In this document: piece by piece, positions 1 to 12,920 of the stretch
Layout of the letters: each line of letters begins with the position of its first letter
Position numbering within the stretch: the first letter of the stretch is position 1
Assembly (NCBI GenBank): GCA_964412955.1
Contig: CAYPQV010000002.1
Span: 683 to 64,682, forward strand
From: an uncultured Hyphomicrobiales bacterium
Lineage (GTDB): Bacteria > Pseudomonadota > Alphaproteobacteria > Rhodospirillales > 2-12-FULL-67-15
DNA length: 64,000 bases
Direction of reading: 5' to 3'
Notes under the pieces: generated by a model
Database searches by the model: none
What the model saw: only the letters and a program-made list of their open reading frames with translations
What the model was told of the DNA's origin: nothing
Program-made: the position numbers and the translations under genes

Positions 1-1991
1 CCGGCGCCGTCGTGCGGCCGGGCCAAAGAACCATCCGCCTGGCCGAACATGGACATGGCCTTGGGAAGCTCGTCGGCGCGGATACCGATCCCCGTATCCT
101 TGACCGTGAACGTAATCCCTCCGTCGGTCCCGGTCGAGGCGCCGAAATTTATCCGGCCGCCTTCGGGCGTGAACTTGACGGCATTGGCGAGAATATTGAG
201 CAGGGACTGTTTGACGCGCAGCTCGTCGGCGTGCAGGGCGGGAATATTCTTGGGCGTATCGATCTCGAGATGCACCTGGGCCTCGTGGGCGCGGCCCAGC
301 ACCAGCCGATAACACGCCGTCATCAGGCGATGCACGTCGATGGTCCGCTCGTTCAGGACCAGAACGCCGCGCTCGATGCGCGAAATATCGATGACATCGT
401 TGATGAGGCGCAGCAGATCGCGCCCCGCGTCGTTCACGTCCTTGAGGTAGGAATCGTAACGGGGATCGTCCCGGCCGAAGCGCCGGTTGATCAGGATGTC
501 GGTGAATCCGATGATCGAATTGAGCGGCGTCCGCAACTCGTGGCTCATGTTGGCGAGGAACTCGGTCTTGGCCCGGTTGGCGAGTTCGGCCGCCTCGGTG
601 GCGGCGCGCAACTCGTCGGCGATGCGCCTCAATTCGGTCACGTCCGCCGACATGGTGACCGTGCTTCCATCGGGCAGGCGGTGTTCGATGATGCGCAGGA
701 ATTGTCCGCGCTGGCGCCGCAATTCGAAGGGGCCGCTCGGATGACGATGGCGCTCCAGGCGCCAGGCGATCCATTCCTCCTCGCGGCCTTCCGCCTCGGG
801 AACCAGGCCGGCCTTGACGATCCGGCGAATGTGCTCCTCGAAGGTCGTGCCCGCGGCGGACGAGCCGATCGCGGCCCGATTGATGTCCCGGAATTTCTGG
901 TTGGTGACCGCGATCCGATCATCCGGATCGTAGATGACGAACAGCTCGGGCGAAGTTTCGATCGCCGCGACCAGCCGCTGGGCGGCCTCCTCCATCCGGC
1001 GCCGGTGGGTGATATCGAGCGCGACCGAAACGAGATATTTCGGATTGCCGGACGCGTCCCTCAACGGAACCTTGCTCACCAGCAGGACGTGCCGGAGCCC
1101 GAAACGATCCGTCCATTCCACTTCCCGGTTCAGCGACGGACGCCCCGAGGCGATGACCTCGAGATCGTTGGCGGTAAATTCCTTTCCCTGAGGCCCGCCC
1201 AGAACTTCTTCCAAGGTATGACCGATTATTCGATCGGCTTCCAAGCCGTAGGCTTCGGTCTGATAGCGGTTGACCAGAAGAAACCGCGCGTGGCTGTCCT
1301 TCAGGTTCACGATCGCGGGCACGGCGTCGACGATGGTGCGCAGCAATTCCTGGGCGTCGCGCTGACGCTGCTCGGCCAGCTTGCGTTCGGTGATAATGCT
1401 GCCGGTGCCGCGGTAGCCGGCGAATGTGCCGTCCGCCTCGAAGATCGGATTGCCGCTGACGCTCAACCAGTTGGCTTTGCCGGAAGTATCGACGAGCCGA
1501 TACTCGAAATTGCGGAAAGGGCGGCGATGGGCCAGATCGTCGAGATGACGTTGCCAGTATTCGCTATCGATCGTTTCGGTCGCGATCTCCTCGCGACGGA
1601 GGCCGATGTAGGGAGCGGGATCGATTCCGGTTACTTTTTGATAATGATCCGAGAGAAAAGTGAAGCGAAGGTCCGCATCCATCTCCCACAACCATTCATA
1701 AGCGGATTTCGTGAATTCGTTGAGCCGTTCGTGGCTGAGAGCAAGCTCGCGTTCGTTCTTCCTTTGCCGGACCAGCACCCAAGTGATCAACACCACCAAA
1801 ACCAGGGCCGGAATTCCGACCACGATTATGTCGGCGATCAAGTCGGCCAGCGGGGAAGGGGTGCCGGATTGCCGGTATCCGGGAAAGGCGGCCAACAGGA
1901 AGTCGGCGTATCCCAGTTCCCATGCCGTCAACAGCGCCGCATCGGCGATCAACAGAGCGATCACCAAGAAAACGATCTGGCGAAAAGACAT
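1..1991 (-). CDS. PAS-domain sensor histidine kinase (partial; C-terminus runs off the left window edge)
   Basis: This frame is absent from the ORF track because it has no stop inside the window. Manual minus-strand translation from the ATG at 1991 gives MSFRQIVFLVIALLIADAALLTAWELGYADFLLAAFPGY...IIVVGIPALVLVVLITWVLVRQRKNEREL, which contains two hydrophobic TM segments. Further on it gives a PAS-like end ...LRIIEHRLPDGSTV, a HisKA H-box AELANRAKTEFLANMSHELRTPLNSIIGFT (His codon at 540-542), and an HATPase tail ...AMSMFGQADGSLARPHDGAG at position 1. All of these are in one frame. Confidence 0.85.
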   Translation of the reverse strand, partial: MSFRQIVFLVIALLIADAALLTAWELGYADFLLAAFPGYRQSGTPSPLADLIADIIVVGIPALVLVVLITWVLVRQRKNERELALSHERLNEFTKSAYEWLWEMDADLRFTFLSDHYQKVTGIDPAPYIGLRREEIATETIDSEYWQRHLDDLAHRRPFRNFEYRLVDTSGKANWLSVSGNPIFEADGTFAGYRGTGSIITERKLAEQRQRDAQELLRTIVDAVPAIVNLKDSHARFLLVNRYQTEAYGLEADRIIGHTLEEVLGGPQGKEFTANDLEVIASGRPSLNREVEWTDRFGLRHVLLVSKVPLRDASGNPKYLVSVALDITHRRRMEEAAQRLVAAIETSPELFVIYDPDDRIAVTNQKFRDINRAAIGSSAAGTTFEEHIRRIVKAGLVPEAEGREEEWIAWRLERHRHPSGPFELRRQRGQFLRIIEHRLPDGSTVTMSADVTELRRIADELRAATEAAELANRAKTEFLANMSHELRTPLNSIIGFTDILINRRFGRDDPRYDSYLKDVNDAGRDLLRLINDVIDISRIERGVLVLNERTIDVHRLMTACYRLVLGRAHEAQVHLEIDTPKNIPALHADELRVKQSLLNILANAVKFTPEGGRINFGASTGTDGGITFTVKDTGIGIRADELPKAMSMFGQADGSLARPHDGA

Positions 1992-2129
1992 GACCGACGC
2001 CGCCCCCGATTGCGCGTGAGGGGTAGGATAGACCACCGGCCAGGGTTCCTCCCACCCTTCTTCTCTATTCCCTTGGGCCGGGTTTCCCGATCCCGACCAA
2101 CGCCTTATGATGGCTATCGGCGGTGATCC

Positions 2130-3611
2130 ATGCGCGAGCAGGTCCTTCTGACGGCCAAGGAAATGGGGCGCGCCGACGCGCTCGCGCAGGCGGCGGGCGT
2201 TTCCGCGCGCGCGCTCATGGAAAACGCGGGCGGCGCCGTGGTCCGCAACATCCGCCGACGCTTTCCGCCCCAGGCGGTGGTGGTGCTGTGCGGCCCGGGC
2301 AATAACGGCGGCGACGGTTTCGTGGTCGCGCGCCTGCTGAAAGAGATGGGCTGGCCGGTGCGCGTGGCGCTGCTCGGTTCGCGCGACGCCCTCATGGGCG
2401 ACGCCGCCGCCAACGCCGCCCGGTGGCCCGACGCGATAGAGTCCCTGTCGCCCTCGGTTCTCGACGGATCGACGCTGGCGGTCGATGCCCTGTTCGGCGC
2501 GGGATTGGCGCGGGCGGTCGAGGGCGCCGCCGCCGATGTCCTCCGCGCGCTCGCCGAAAAAAATCTCGCATGCATCGCGGTCGATATCCCGAGCGGCGTG
2601 GACAGCGATACCGGGGCGATCCGGGGCTTCGCGCCGTCGGCGATCCTTACGGTGACGTTCTTTCGCCGCAAGCCGGGACACATGCTGTATCCGGGGCGCG
2701 AGCATTGCGGCGAGGTGGCGGTCGAGGACATCGGAATCCCGGATTCGGTTCTGGGGGAAATCCGGCCCAAGACCTTCGTCAACGACCCCGAGCTGTGGCT
2801 CGCCGCCCTGCCGAGGCCCGCGTGGAACGCCAACAAATATCGGCGCGGCAATGCGGTCATCGTCGGCGGCGCGGTCATGACCGGCGCCGCGCGTCTCGCC
2901 GCCCACGGCGCGCGGCGTGCCGGCGCGGGCTTCGCGATGATCGCGGCGCCCGCCGGGGCGGTTCCCGTCTACGCGAGCGGCGCGCCTGGCGTGGTGGTGG
3001 TGCCGTTGCGTTCCGGAACCAAGGGCGAGACCGATTTTCGCAAGTTGATCCGCGATCCGCGCCGCAACGCGGTGCTGGTCGGACCCGGCAACGGTGTCGG
3101 ATCCGCGACCCGGCGGCGGGCCCTGGAAGCGCTCAAGACCGGTCGGGCCACGGTGCTGGACGCCGACGCGCTGACCTCGTTCGCGGGACGACGCCGTGAA
3201 TTGATCCGCGCCATTCATGGGTCATGCGTGATGACCCCGCACGAAGGTGAATTCGAGCGTCTTTTCGGCACGAAGGGAGACAAGCTCGCTCGCGCGCGCG
3301 CCGCGGCGGCGGCCAGCAGCGCGATCATGGTCCTGAAGGGCCCGGATACGATCATCGCCGCTCCGGACGGGCGCGCCGTCGTCAACGGCAACGCGCCGCC
3401 GACGCTGGCCACCGCCGGCAGCGGAGACGTGCTTTCCGGGATGATCCTCGGCCTGCTGGCCCAGGGAATGGATTCGTTTCGGGCCGCCGCCGCCGCCGTC
3501 TGGCTGCACGGCGAAGCCGCGCGCGGTGCGGGCATCGGGATGATCGCCGAGGATTTGCCGGAAGCCTTGCCCGAGGTGTTGCGACGGCTTACTTCTCCGA
3601 TCGACGGCTAA
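2130..3611 (+). CDS. nnr: Bifunctional NAD(P)H-hydrate repair enzyme Nnr (epimerase / ADP-dependent dehydratase, YjeF family)
   Basis: 493-aa ORF. The N-terminal YjeF_N motif is VVVLCGPGNNGGDGFVVARLL. The C-terminal carbohydrate-kinase-like part contains VLKGPDTIIA and GSGDVLSG. Confidence 0.9.
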   Translation: MREQVLLTAKEMGRADALAQAAGVSARALMENAGGAVVRNIRRRFPPQAVVVLCGPGNNGGDGFVVARLLKEMGWPVRVALLGSRDALMGDAAANAARWPDAIESLSPSVLDGSTLAVDALFGAGLARAVEGAAADVLRALAEKNLACIAVDIPSGVDSDTGAIRGFAPSAILTVTFFRRKPGHMLYPGREHCGEVAVEDIGIPDSVLGEIRPKTFVNDPELWLAALPRPAWNANKYRRGNAVIVGGAVMTGAARLAAHGARRAGAGFAMIAAPAGAVPVYASGAPGVVVVPLRSGTKGETDFRKLIRDPRRNAVLVGPGNGVGSATRRRALEALKTGRATVLDADALTSFAGRRRELIRAIHGSCVMTPHEGEFERLFGTKGDKLARARAAAAASSAIMVLKGPDTIIAAPDGRAVVNGNAPPTLATAGSGDVLSGMILGLLAQGMDSFRAAAAAVWLHGEAARGAGIGMIAEDLPEALPEVLRRLTSPIDG

Positions 3612-3633
3612 CCCCCGGGCCTGGATCATCGCC

Positions 3634-5058
3634 ATGAACGAACAAGTCCCGCGCAAATTTCTCTCGAAGGCGATCGCCAACCTCAAGGACATGTGGCTCG
3701 GCATCGCCGGCAGCGGCTACAGCGCCGAGACCGCGAGCCTTCGCCCCGAGCTGCCCGACAGCGACCTCGATCGGGTGCGCCGCCAGATGCGCGAATGCCT
3801 CGAATCCCGCGGCGGCGAGGTTTCCGCGCGGGCCCGCGCCGCCGCGCTCGGGCGCGCGTACCTGGCCCTCGACGAAACCGGACGCAACCGCTTTCTCAAG
3901 GTGCTGGCCGAGGATTTCGATCCCGATCCGGTCGCGATCGACGACGCGATCCGGGCGCTCCAGTCGGCCACGGACCGCCCGGCCCAGCAGACCGCGCGGG
4001 CGGCCTTGCGCCGGGCGCTGGAAAGCCCGCGCCTGCGCCTGCTCACCCAATTCAACGCGCTCCCCGAAGGGGTCAAGTTCCTGGTCGACATGCGCGCCGA
4101 AATATTGCGGTTCCTGCCCCGGGAACCGGCGCTGGCGCCGCTGGAGCGCGATCTCAAGGGCCTGCTGGCGACGTGGTTCGACATCGGATTTCTCGAACTG
4201 AAGCGCATCGCCTGGGATTCCGCTCCCGCCACCTTGCTCGAAAAGCTGATCGCCTACGAAGCGGTGCACGCTATCGGCGGTTGGGAGGATCTCAAGAACC
4301 GGCTCGATTCCGACCGCCGCTGCTTCGCCTTCTTTCATCCGCGCATGCCGAGCGAACCCTTGATCTTCGTCGAGGTCGCCCTAATCAACGGCTTGGCCGG
4401 CAACATCGGCGAGCTGCTCGACAAATCCGCGCCCGTGCAGAACCCCAAAGACGCCGACACGGCGATTTTCTATTCGATCTCCAACGCGCAGAAGGGACTC
4501 GCCGGCATCAGCTTCGGCGGGTTCCTCATCAAGCGGGTGGCCGACAGCCTGTCGGGCGAATTCAAGGGGCTCAAGACGTTCGCGACCTTGTCGCCGGTTC
4601 CGGGATTTCTGGCCTGGCTGGAAGACGCGAAAGGCGAGGAAGGGGGCGGCCTGTTAACGCCGGAAGAAATCGCCCGCATGAAGGAAGCCAGCGTCGCCGC
4701 CGACCCTCCCGCCGCACTCGCGGAAGCCCTGCGCGGCAGGGACTGGATCGCCGACCCAGCTCGCGTCGAGGCCCTGCGCGAGCCGCTGCAGCGGCTGTGC
4801 GCGCGTTATCTGGCGCGGGAAAAGGCCGGGGTTAACCGGGCGCTCGATCCGGTCGCCCATTTCCACCTCACCAACGGCGCCCGGCTCGAGCGGATCAACT
4901 GGCTCGCGGACACCTCGGCCAAGGGGTTGGCCCAATCGGCGGGCCTCATGGTCAATTATCTCTACCGGCTCGGCGACATCGAGGACAACCACGAGGCCTA
5001 CAGCGACCGCGGCGAGGTGCGCGTGTCGGCGAGCGTCCGCGCCTTCCTAAAATCCTGA
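3634..5058 (+). CDS. Malonyl-CoA decarboxylase
   Basis: 474-aa ORF with family-typical blocks: LEKLIAYEAVHAI, CFAFFHPRMPSEPLIFVEVAL, FYSISNAQKGLAGISFGGFLIKRV, TLSPVPGF, HFHLTNGARLERINWLADTS. No adjacent matB/matC genes. Confidence 0.85.
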   Translation: MNEQVPRKFLSKAIANLKDMWLGIAGSGYSAETASLRPELPDSDLDRVRRQMRECLESRGGEVSARARAAALGRAYLALDETGRNRFLKVLAEDFDPDPVAIDDAIRALQSATDRPAQQTARAALRRALESPRLRLLTQFNALPEGVKFLVDMRAEILRFLPREPALAPLERDLKGLLATWFDIGFLELKRIAWDSAPATLLEKLIAYEAVHAIGGWEDLKNRLDSDRRCFAFFHPRMPSEPLIFVEVALINGLAGNIGELLDKSAPVQNPKDADTAIFYSISNAQKGLAGISFGGFLIKRVADSLSGEFKGLKTFATLSPVPGFLAWLEDAKGEEGGGLLTPEEIARMKEASVAADPPAALAEALRGRDWIADPARVEALREPLQRLCARYLAREKAGVNRALDPVAHFHLTNGARLERINWLADTSAKGLAQSAGLMVNYLYRLGDIEDNHEAYSDRGEVRVSASVRAFLKS

Positions 5059-5089
5059 AAACAGGGCTCTTTGGAGCAACCGGGTCGCG

Positions 5090-5117
5090 TTGACAGGTGG
5101 GGGGGATGGTATAAAGT
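5090..5117 (+). promoter_or_regulatory. Candidate sigma70-type promoter for tRNA-Leu (TTGACA-N16-TAAAGT)
   Basis: Consensus -35 TTGACA at 5090-5095 and an A/T-rich -10 TAAAGT at 5112-5117, about 40 nt upstream of the tRNA 5' end. Motif match only. Confidence 0.3.
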
Positions 5118-5155
5118 TCGCGCGCCGCGCGCCGGACCCGAGACCCGCCGGCAGG

Positions 5156-5240
5156 GCGGGCGTGGTGGAATTGGTAGACACGCGGGATTTAGGTTCCCGT
5201 GACGCAAGTCTTGGGGGTTCGAGTCCCTCCGCCCGCACCA
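5156..5240 (+). tRNA. tRNA-Leu (anticodon UAG), class II with long variable arm, encoded CCA
   Basis: Acceptor stem GCGGGCG/CGCCCGC. D-loop GGAATTGGTAGAC. Anticodon stem-loop CGGGA-TTTAGGT-TCCCG. T-arm GGGGGTTCGAGTCCCTC. 3' end ACCA. Length 85 nt. Confidence 0.95.
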
Positions 5241-5324
5241 GTCTCCGCCAGGTCGGACACGCAGATCGGACAAGGGCGACCCGGCGCCGGTTGATCGAAT
5301 TTTACAGGAACTCAGGATCGCGCG

Positions 5325-6743
5325 ATGACGTTGCAAGTGACAGAAACGAAAGCGGAGGGCCTTCGGCGCGAGTACAAAATCGCCGTGCCGGCCAAGGAGA
5401 TCGAAACGCGGATCGGCGACCGGCTGAGCGACCTCGCCCGCGACGCCCGTTTGCCCGGCTTTCGCCCCGGCAAGGCGCCGATCGCCGTTCTCAAGCGCAA
5501 ATACGGCGACGCGGTGCGCGGCGAAGTGCTCGAACGCGCGGTCAACGATTCCAGCCGCCAGGCCATGACCGATCGCGGCATTCGTCCCGCGACGCAACCG
5601 AGCATCGAGGTGACCGCGTTCGGCGAAGGCAAGGACCTCGAATACACCATGGCGTTCGACGTGATGCCCGACATCAAGCCAATCGATTTTTCCAAGTTGT
5701 CCTTGGAACGGCTGGTGGTGCCGGTGGACGAGGCCAAGGTCGAAGACGCGCTCAAGCGCATCGCCGCCGGCCGCAAGACGACCAAGCCCGCGCCCGACGG
5801 ACACGCCGCCGCCAAGGGCGACATGGTCGTGATCGATTTCGTCGGCAGGGTCGACGGCAAGGAATTTCCCGGCGGCAAGGCCGACGGCTATTCGCTCGAA
5901 CTCGGCTCGGGTAGCTTCGTGCCGGGGTTCGAGGACCAGTTGATCGGCGCCAAGAGCGGCGCGGCACTCACGGTCAAGATCGCGTTTCCCAAGGACTATG
6001 CCGCCGAGGACCTCGCCGGCAAGAACGCCGAATTCGACGTGACGGTGAAGGAAGTCCAGCTTTCCGAACCGGCCGCCGTCGACGACGCGCTGGCCAAGGC
6101 GGTCGGGCTCGCCGACCTCGGCGCCTTGAAGGCGCGCATCCGCGAGGAGCAGGGACGCGAATACAAAGAAATTTCCCGCCTGCGGCTCAAGCGCCAACTG
6201 CTCGACCGGCTCAGCGACACCCACGATTTCGATGTGCCGCCGACCATGCTCGAAAACGAATTCAACGCCATCTGGCGGCAATTCGAACAGCAGCGCGAGC
6301 AGTCCAAGGAAGGCAAGGGCGGCGACGCCGAGGCCCTGACCGAGGCGGAAAAGAACAAAACCGACGAGGAACACAAGGCCGATTTCCGCGCCATCGCCGA
6401 ACGGCGGGTCCGGCTCGGACTTCTGTTCGCGGAAGTAGGCCGCCTGAACAACATCCAGGTCAGCCAGGAAGACATCAACCGGGCCTTGATCCAGCAGGCG
6501 CAACGCTTCCCCGGCCAAGAACAGGCCGTGGTCGAGCACTTCCGCAAGAACCCGGAGGCGATGCAGAGCCTGATGGGCCCGATTCTCGAGGACAAGGTGG
6601 CGGATTTCATCCTCGAAATGGCCAAAGTGACCGACAAGCCCGCCACGCTCGACGAGCTTCTCAAGCAAGACGATGACGACGGCGAGAACGACGGCGGGAC
6701 GTCGAAAAAACGAGCGTCGTCCAAGAAGAAATCCTCCAAGTAG
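5325..6743 (+). CDS. tig: Trigger factor (ribosome-associated PPIase chaperone)
   Basis: 472-aa ORF. The N-terminus is [23 protein letters not shown]...FRPGKAP, the ribosome-binding signature region. An FKBP-like middle domain is present. The protein ends in an acidic-then-lysine-rich C-terminal tail. Confidence 0.95.
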   Translation: MTLQVTETKAEGLRREYKIAVPAKEIETRIGDRLSDLARDARLPGFRPGKAPIAVLKRKYGDAVRGEVLERAVNDSSRQAMTDRGIRPATQPSIEVTAFGEGKDLEYTMAFDVMPDIKPIDFSKLSLERLVVPVDEAKVEDALKRIAAGRKTTKPAPDGHAAAKGDMVVIDFVGRVDGKEFPGGKADGYSLELGSGSFVPGFEDQLIGAKSGAALTVKIAFPKDYAAEDLAGKNAEFDVTVKEVQLSEPAAVDDALAKAVGLADLGALKARIREEQGREYKEISRLRLKRQLLDRLSDTHDFDVPPTMLENEFNAIWRQFEQQREQSKEGKGGDAEALTEAEKNKTDEEHKADFRAIAERRVRLGLLFAEVGRLNNIQVSQEDINRALIQQAQRFPGQEQAVVEHFRKNPEAMQSLMGPILEDKVADFILEMAKVTDKPATLDELLKQDDDDGENDGGTSKKRASSKKKSSK

Positions 6744-6778
6744 GGTCTTCGGACGCACATGGAAAAAGGCACCGCGCG

Positions 6779-7444
6779 ATGAGCAATCCGGTCGAAGCAT
6801 ATATGAACTACCTCGTCCCGATGGTCGTGGAGAGCACCAACCGGGGCGAGCGCGCCTACGACATCTATTCGCGCCTGCTCAAGGAGCGGATCATTTTTCT
6901 GACCGGCGGCGTGGACGACGGTGTTTCCAGCCTGATTTGCGCGCAGCTTCTCTTCCTCGAATCCGAAAACCCGAGCAAGGACATCGCCTTCTACATCAAT
7001 TCGCCGGGCGGGGTGGTGACGTCGGGCCTCGCCATCTACGACACCATGCGCTACATCCGCCCCAACGTGTCGACGGTGTGCATCGGACAGGCCGCGTCGA
7101 TGGGCTCTCTCCTGCTGTGCGCCGGAACCAAGGGCAAGCGTTTCGCGCTGCCCAACGCCCGCATCATGATCCACCAACCGTCGGGCGGCGTGCAGGGGCA
7201 GGCGGCGGACATCGAGATTCACGCGCGGGAAATTCTGGCGCTCCGCGACCGTCTGAACCGGATTTACGCCCACCACACCGGAAAACCGCTTGAAGAGATC
7301 GGGCCGGCCATGGACCGGGACCGCTACATGACCCCGGACGAAGCGCGCCAATTCGGACTTATCGACGAGGTGGTGACCAGCCGGCCGACGCCGGCGCAAT
7401 CCTCGGAAAACGCCGCGAAAACCGACGATCGGCCCAAGGCCTGA
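6779..7444 (+). CDS. clpP: ATP-dependent Clp protease proteolytic subunit ClpP
   Basis: 221-aa ORF with [18 protein letters not shown], the catalytic-Ser context [11 protein letters not shown], and MIHQPSGG. Confidence 0.95.
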   Translation: MSNPVEAYMNYLVPMVVESTNRGERAYDIYSRLLKERIIFLTGGVDDGVSSLICAQLLFLESENPSKDIAFYINSPGGVVTSGLAIYDTMRYIRPNVSTVCIGQAASMGSLLLCAGTKGKRFALPNARIMIHQPSGGVQGQAADIEIHAREILALRDRLNRIYAHHTGKPLEEIGPAMDRDRYMTPDEARQFGLIDEVVTSRPTPAQSSENAAKTDDRPKA

Positions 7445-7515
7445 CCTCTCTTATCGCCGTCATTTTCGCGGCAATATAAGGGTTTTTCGGATATTTTTTC
7501 GACGCGCCATCCGCG

Positions 7516-7530
7516 TTAAGGTTGCGTTAA
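7516..7530. promoter_or_regulatory. Perfect TTAA-N7-TTAA motif (CtrA-box-like) inside the AT-rich clpP-clpX spacer
   Basis: TTAA at 7516-7519, 7 nt (GGTTGCG), then TTAA at 7527-7530. It is generated by a tandem repeat of GCGTTAAGG (7513-7521 and 7524-7532). Two GANTC sites (7577-7581 and 7656-7660) lie nearby. Motif match only. Confidence 0.3.
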
Positions 7531-7710
7531 GGATTTTTTCGCCAATTTCATACGTGAGTGGAGCGCGCGGATATCCGATTCGCGGATAGGCGATAACGAT
7601 ATGAAATTTCGCTCTTTTCGGCATTGTGCCGATCGGACGCCAAGCGTTAGACTTAGATTCTTGGCGTTGGATCGAGACCACCGCCCGAGAAGCGAGCGGG
7701 GAAGCAAGTG

Positions 7711-8976
<1,266 letters not shown>

Positions 8977-9069
8977 GGGATTCTCCCTTAGGCCGAACCG
9001 GCGACGCCTGGGCGAATCCCCGCGCCGAATCGGCGGCCGCGTCGACCGACTTCTTTTAACCTTGCTTTC

Positions 9070-9102
9070 CCCTTGCGCCGGAGCGGGATCGAGCCCACTT
9101 TA
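9070..9102 (+). promoter_or_regulatory. Candidate sigma32 (heat-shock) type promoter upstream of lon
   Basis: CCCTTGCG (9070-9077), a 16-nt spacer, then CCCACTTTA (9094-9102). This resembles the E. coli sigma32 consensus CCCTTGAA-N13-17-CCCCATNTA. It lies about 90 nt upstream of the lon start. Motif match only. Confidence 0.3.
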
Positions 9103-9191
9103 GCCCGGTGGCGCGGGGCCTTTACCGGCGGCGCGCTGCTCAGGAGACCGGCCTTGAAATCCGCTCTTCGACCCAAGCAAAAGGACGCCCC

Positions 9192-11624
<2,433 letters not shown>

Positions 11625-11909
11625 CGGGCGGAATACCTTTCGCTGCCGCAACCCGAACGCGCGCCCGTGCCCGGCGCACGCGACACCGTCGCTCGCCGCC
11701 GGTGCGCTGAACCGGGCGTCGCGACGGCGGTCGCATCGTAACGTCTTGAACCCAAAGAGTAAAAATTGAACGCGCGCGCGCCGTCGGATGGCCGCGCGGG
11801 CCCGATTCAGGCGATACGCGGTCCCGCCGAATCAGTCGATTCGCGCCGACCCGGCAACCCGCGAACGCGCGAATGCCAGGAAAATCCTGGCGATTCGGCC
11901 CGTTCGGCG

Positions 11910-11939
11910 TTGACCGGCTCGAAACACACCCCGTAAGAT
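11910..11939 (+). promoter_or_regulatory. Candidate sigma70-type promoter for hupB (TTGACC-N18-TAAGAT)
   Basis: -35 TTGACC at 11910-11915 and -10 TAAGAT at 11934-11939, about 80 nt upstream of the HU start codon. Motif match only. Confidence 0.3.
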
Positions 11940-12018
11940 TTTCGCCAGGCCGTTCGCGGCATCCCATCCCGGGTTTACGCCGCCCGCCGCGACGCCATTT
12001 CAGCGGAAGGGGACTGCG

Positions 12019-12291
12019 ATGAACAAGGAAGACTTGATCGAAGCACTGACAAGTTCCGCCGGCCTGACCAAAGCCGACGCCGGACGGGTCGTTGACAGCG
12101 TTATCGACACCATCACCAAGGCCCTGAGCAAGGGCGAAGAAGTCCGGCTGGCGGGTTTCGGCGCCTTCGTCGTCACCAAGCGGGCGGCCAGCACCGGCCG
12201 CAATCCGCGGACCGGCGAAACGATCCAAATCCCGGCGTCGAAAAATCCGAAATTCCGGGCGGCCAAGGCGCTCAAGGACGCCCTGAACTAA
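12019..12291 (+). CDS. hupB: DNA-binding protein HU
   Basis: 90-aa ORF MNKEDLIEALTSSAGLTKADAGRVVDSVIDTITKALSKGEEVRLAGFGAFVVTKRAASTGRNPRTGETIQIPASKNPKFRAAKALKDALN. This is a canonical HU/IHF fold signature. Confidence 0.93.
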   Translation: MNKEDLIEALTSSAGLTKADAGRVVDSVIDTITKALSKGEEVRLAGFGAFVVTKRAASTGRNPRTGETIQIPASKNPKFRAAKALKDALN

Positions 12292-12397
12292 GCCCCACCG
12301 CGCCGATGCGGCGGCCCGCCCCGGCCGGGTCGCGCGGGCGAATGACCGCGCGTTATAATCGATGCGCCCCCACCAGGGCGCGCGAGTGAACTCAGTC

Positions 12398-12473
12398 GGG
12401 CGGTTAGCTCAGTTGGTAGAGCGCCTCGTTTACACCGAGGAGGTCGGCGGTTCGAGCCCGTCACCGCCTACCA
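12398..12473 (+). tRNA. tRNA-Val (anticodon UAC), encoded CCA
   Basis: GGGCGGTTAGCTCAGTTGGTAGAGC D-arm. Anticodon stem-loop CCTCG-TTTACAC-CGAGG. T-arm GGCGGTTCGAGCCCGTC. Acceptor stem with a G1:U72 wobble. Length 76 nt. Confidence 0.95.
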
Positions 12474-12633
12474 TGTCCATCCGGGCCTTCCCGCGCGTCA
12501 TATCCGGCGGGTTTTCCCCTGATTCCTCGGATGGGCCCGGTACTTTTCGACCCGGCATTTCTTGACTTGCCTGGGGGGGTGGATTACATCGGGGCCCTCC
12601 CGCGCGAGGGCCGTTGCGCGTCGCCCATGCATC

Positions 12634-12710
12634 GGGGGTGTAGCTCAGTTGGTTAGAGCGCCGCCCTGTCACGGCGGAGGCCGCGGGTTCGAGTCCCGTC
12701 ACTCCCGCCA
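12634..12710 (+). tRNA. tRNA-Asp (anticodon GUC), encoded CCA
   Basis: GGGGGTGTAGCTCAGTTGGTTAGAGC. Anticodon stem-loop CCGCC-CTGTCAC-GGCGG. T-arm GCGGGTTCGAGTCCCGT. 3' end CACTCCCGCCA. Length 77 nt. Confidence 0.95.
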
Positions 12711-12807
12711 CTCTTTCTCAATTCCGGCAAAAAACCTTCGGGGCGAACGCGCCTCTTAATCCCGAATCCCCCCGTCCGGTTAACGGGTTGCGCGCCGCCG
12801 GTGGCCA

Positions 12808-12836
12808 TTGAAGCGGCTATGGCGCTCCCTTACACT
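12808..12836 (+). promoter_or_regulatory. Candidate sigma70-type promoter for the nuo operon (TTGAAG-N17-TACACT)
   Basis: -35 TTGAAG at 12808-12813, a 17-nt spacer, and -10 TACACT at 12831-12836, about 85 nt upstream of nuoA. Motif match only. Confidence 0.35.
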
Positions 12837-12920
12837 ATCGGCCTTGGCGGGATGACACGACTATTCGGGGGGCCTGCGGGAGACAGACGCGTGTCGGCCT
12901 CCGCGAAACCGGGAATTTGA

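Noticed and set aside
12-2126. 704-aa plus-strand ORF, the longest ORF at the left edge.
   Set aside because: Its translation is low-complexity (G/R/A/D-rich) with no recognisable motifs. The opposite strand in one frame encodes a textbook histidine kinase (TM segments, PAS, H-box FLANMSHELRTPL, HATPase tail). This ORF is an antisense shadow typical of high-GC DNA.
4998-6800. 600-aa minus-strand ORF spanning tRNA-Leu and all of tig.
   Set aside because: It runs antisense to a clear trigger factor gene and straight through a tRNA gene. Its composition is repetitive G/L/R/A-rich and it has no motifs.
7460-7681. 73-aa Lys/Arg-rich minus-strand ORF inside the AT-rich clpP-clpX spacer.
   Set aside because: It has no Shine-Dalgarno sequence that I can see. 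Its codon composition is unlike the surrounding genes, it has no recognisable motif, and it fills an AT-rich regulatory spacer where random ORFs avoid GC-rich stop-free bias. I kept it only as a note within the spacer finding.
12355-12360. TATAAT hexamer about 40 nt upstream of tRNA-Val, considered as a promoter -10.
   Set aside because: There is no acceptable -35 element at 16-19 nt spacing (the region is CGCGCG). This is too weak to call.
12362-12759. Short ORFs (12362..12565 +, 12430..12711 -, 12562..12759 +) in the tRNA region.
   Set aside because: They overlap tRNA-Val and tRNA-Asp, and their translations (for example ...AQLVERLVYTEEVGGSSPSPPT) are just read-through of tRNA sequence.
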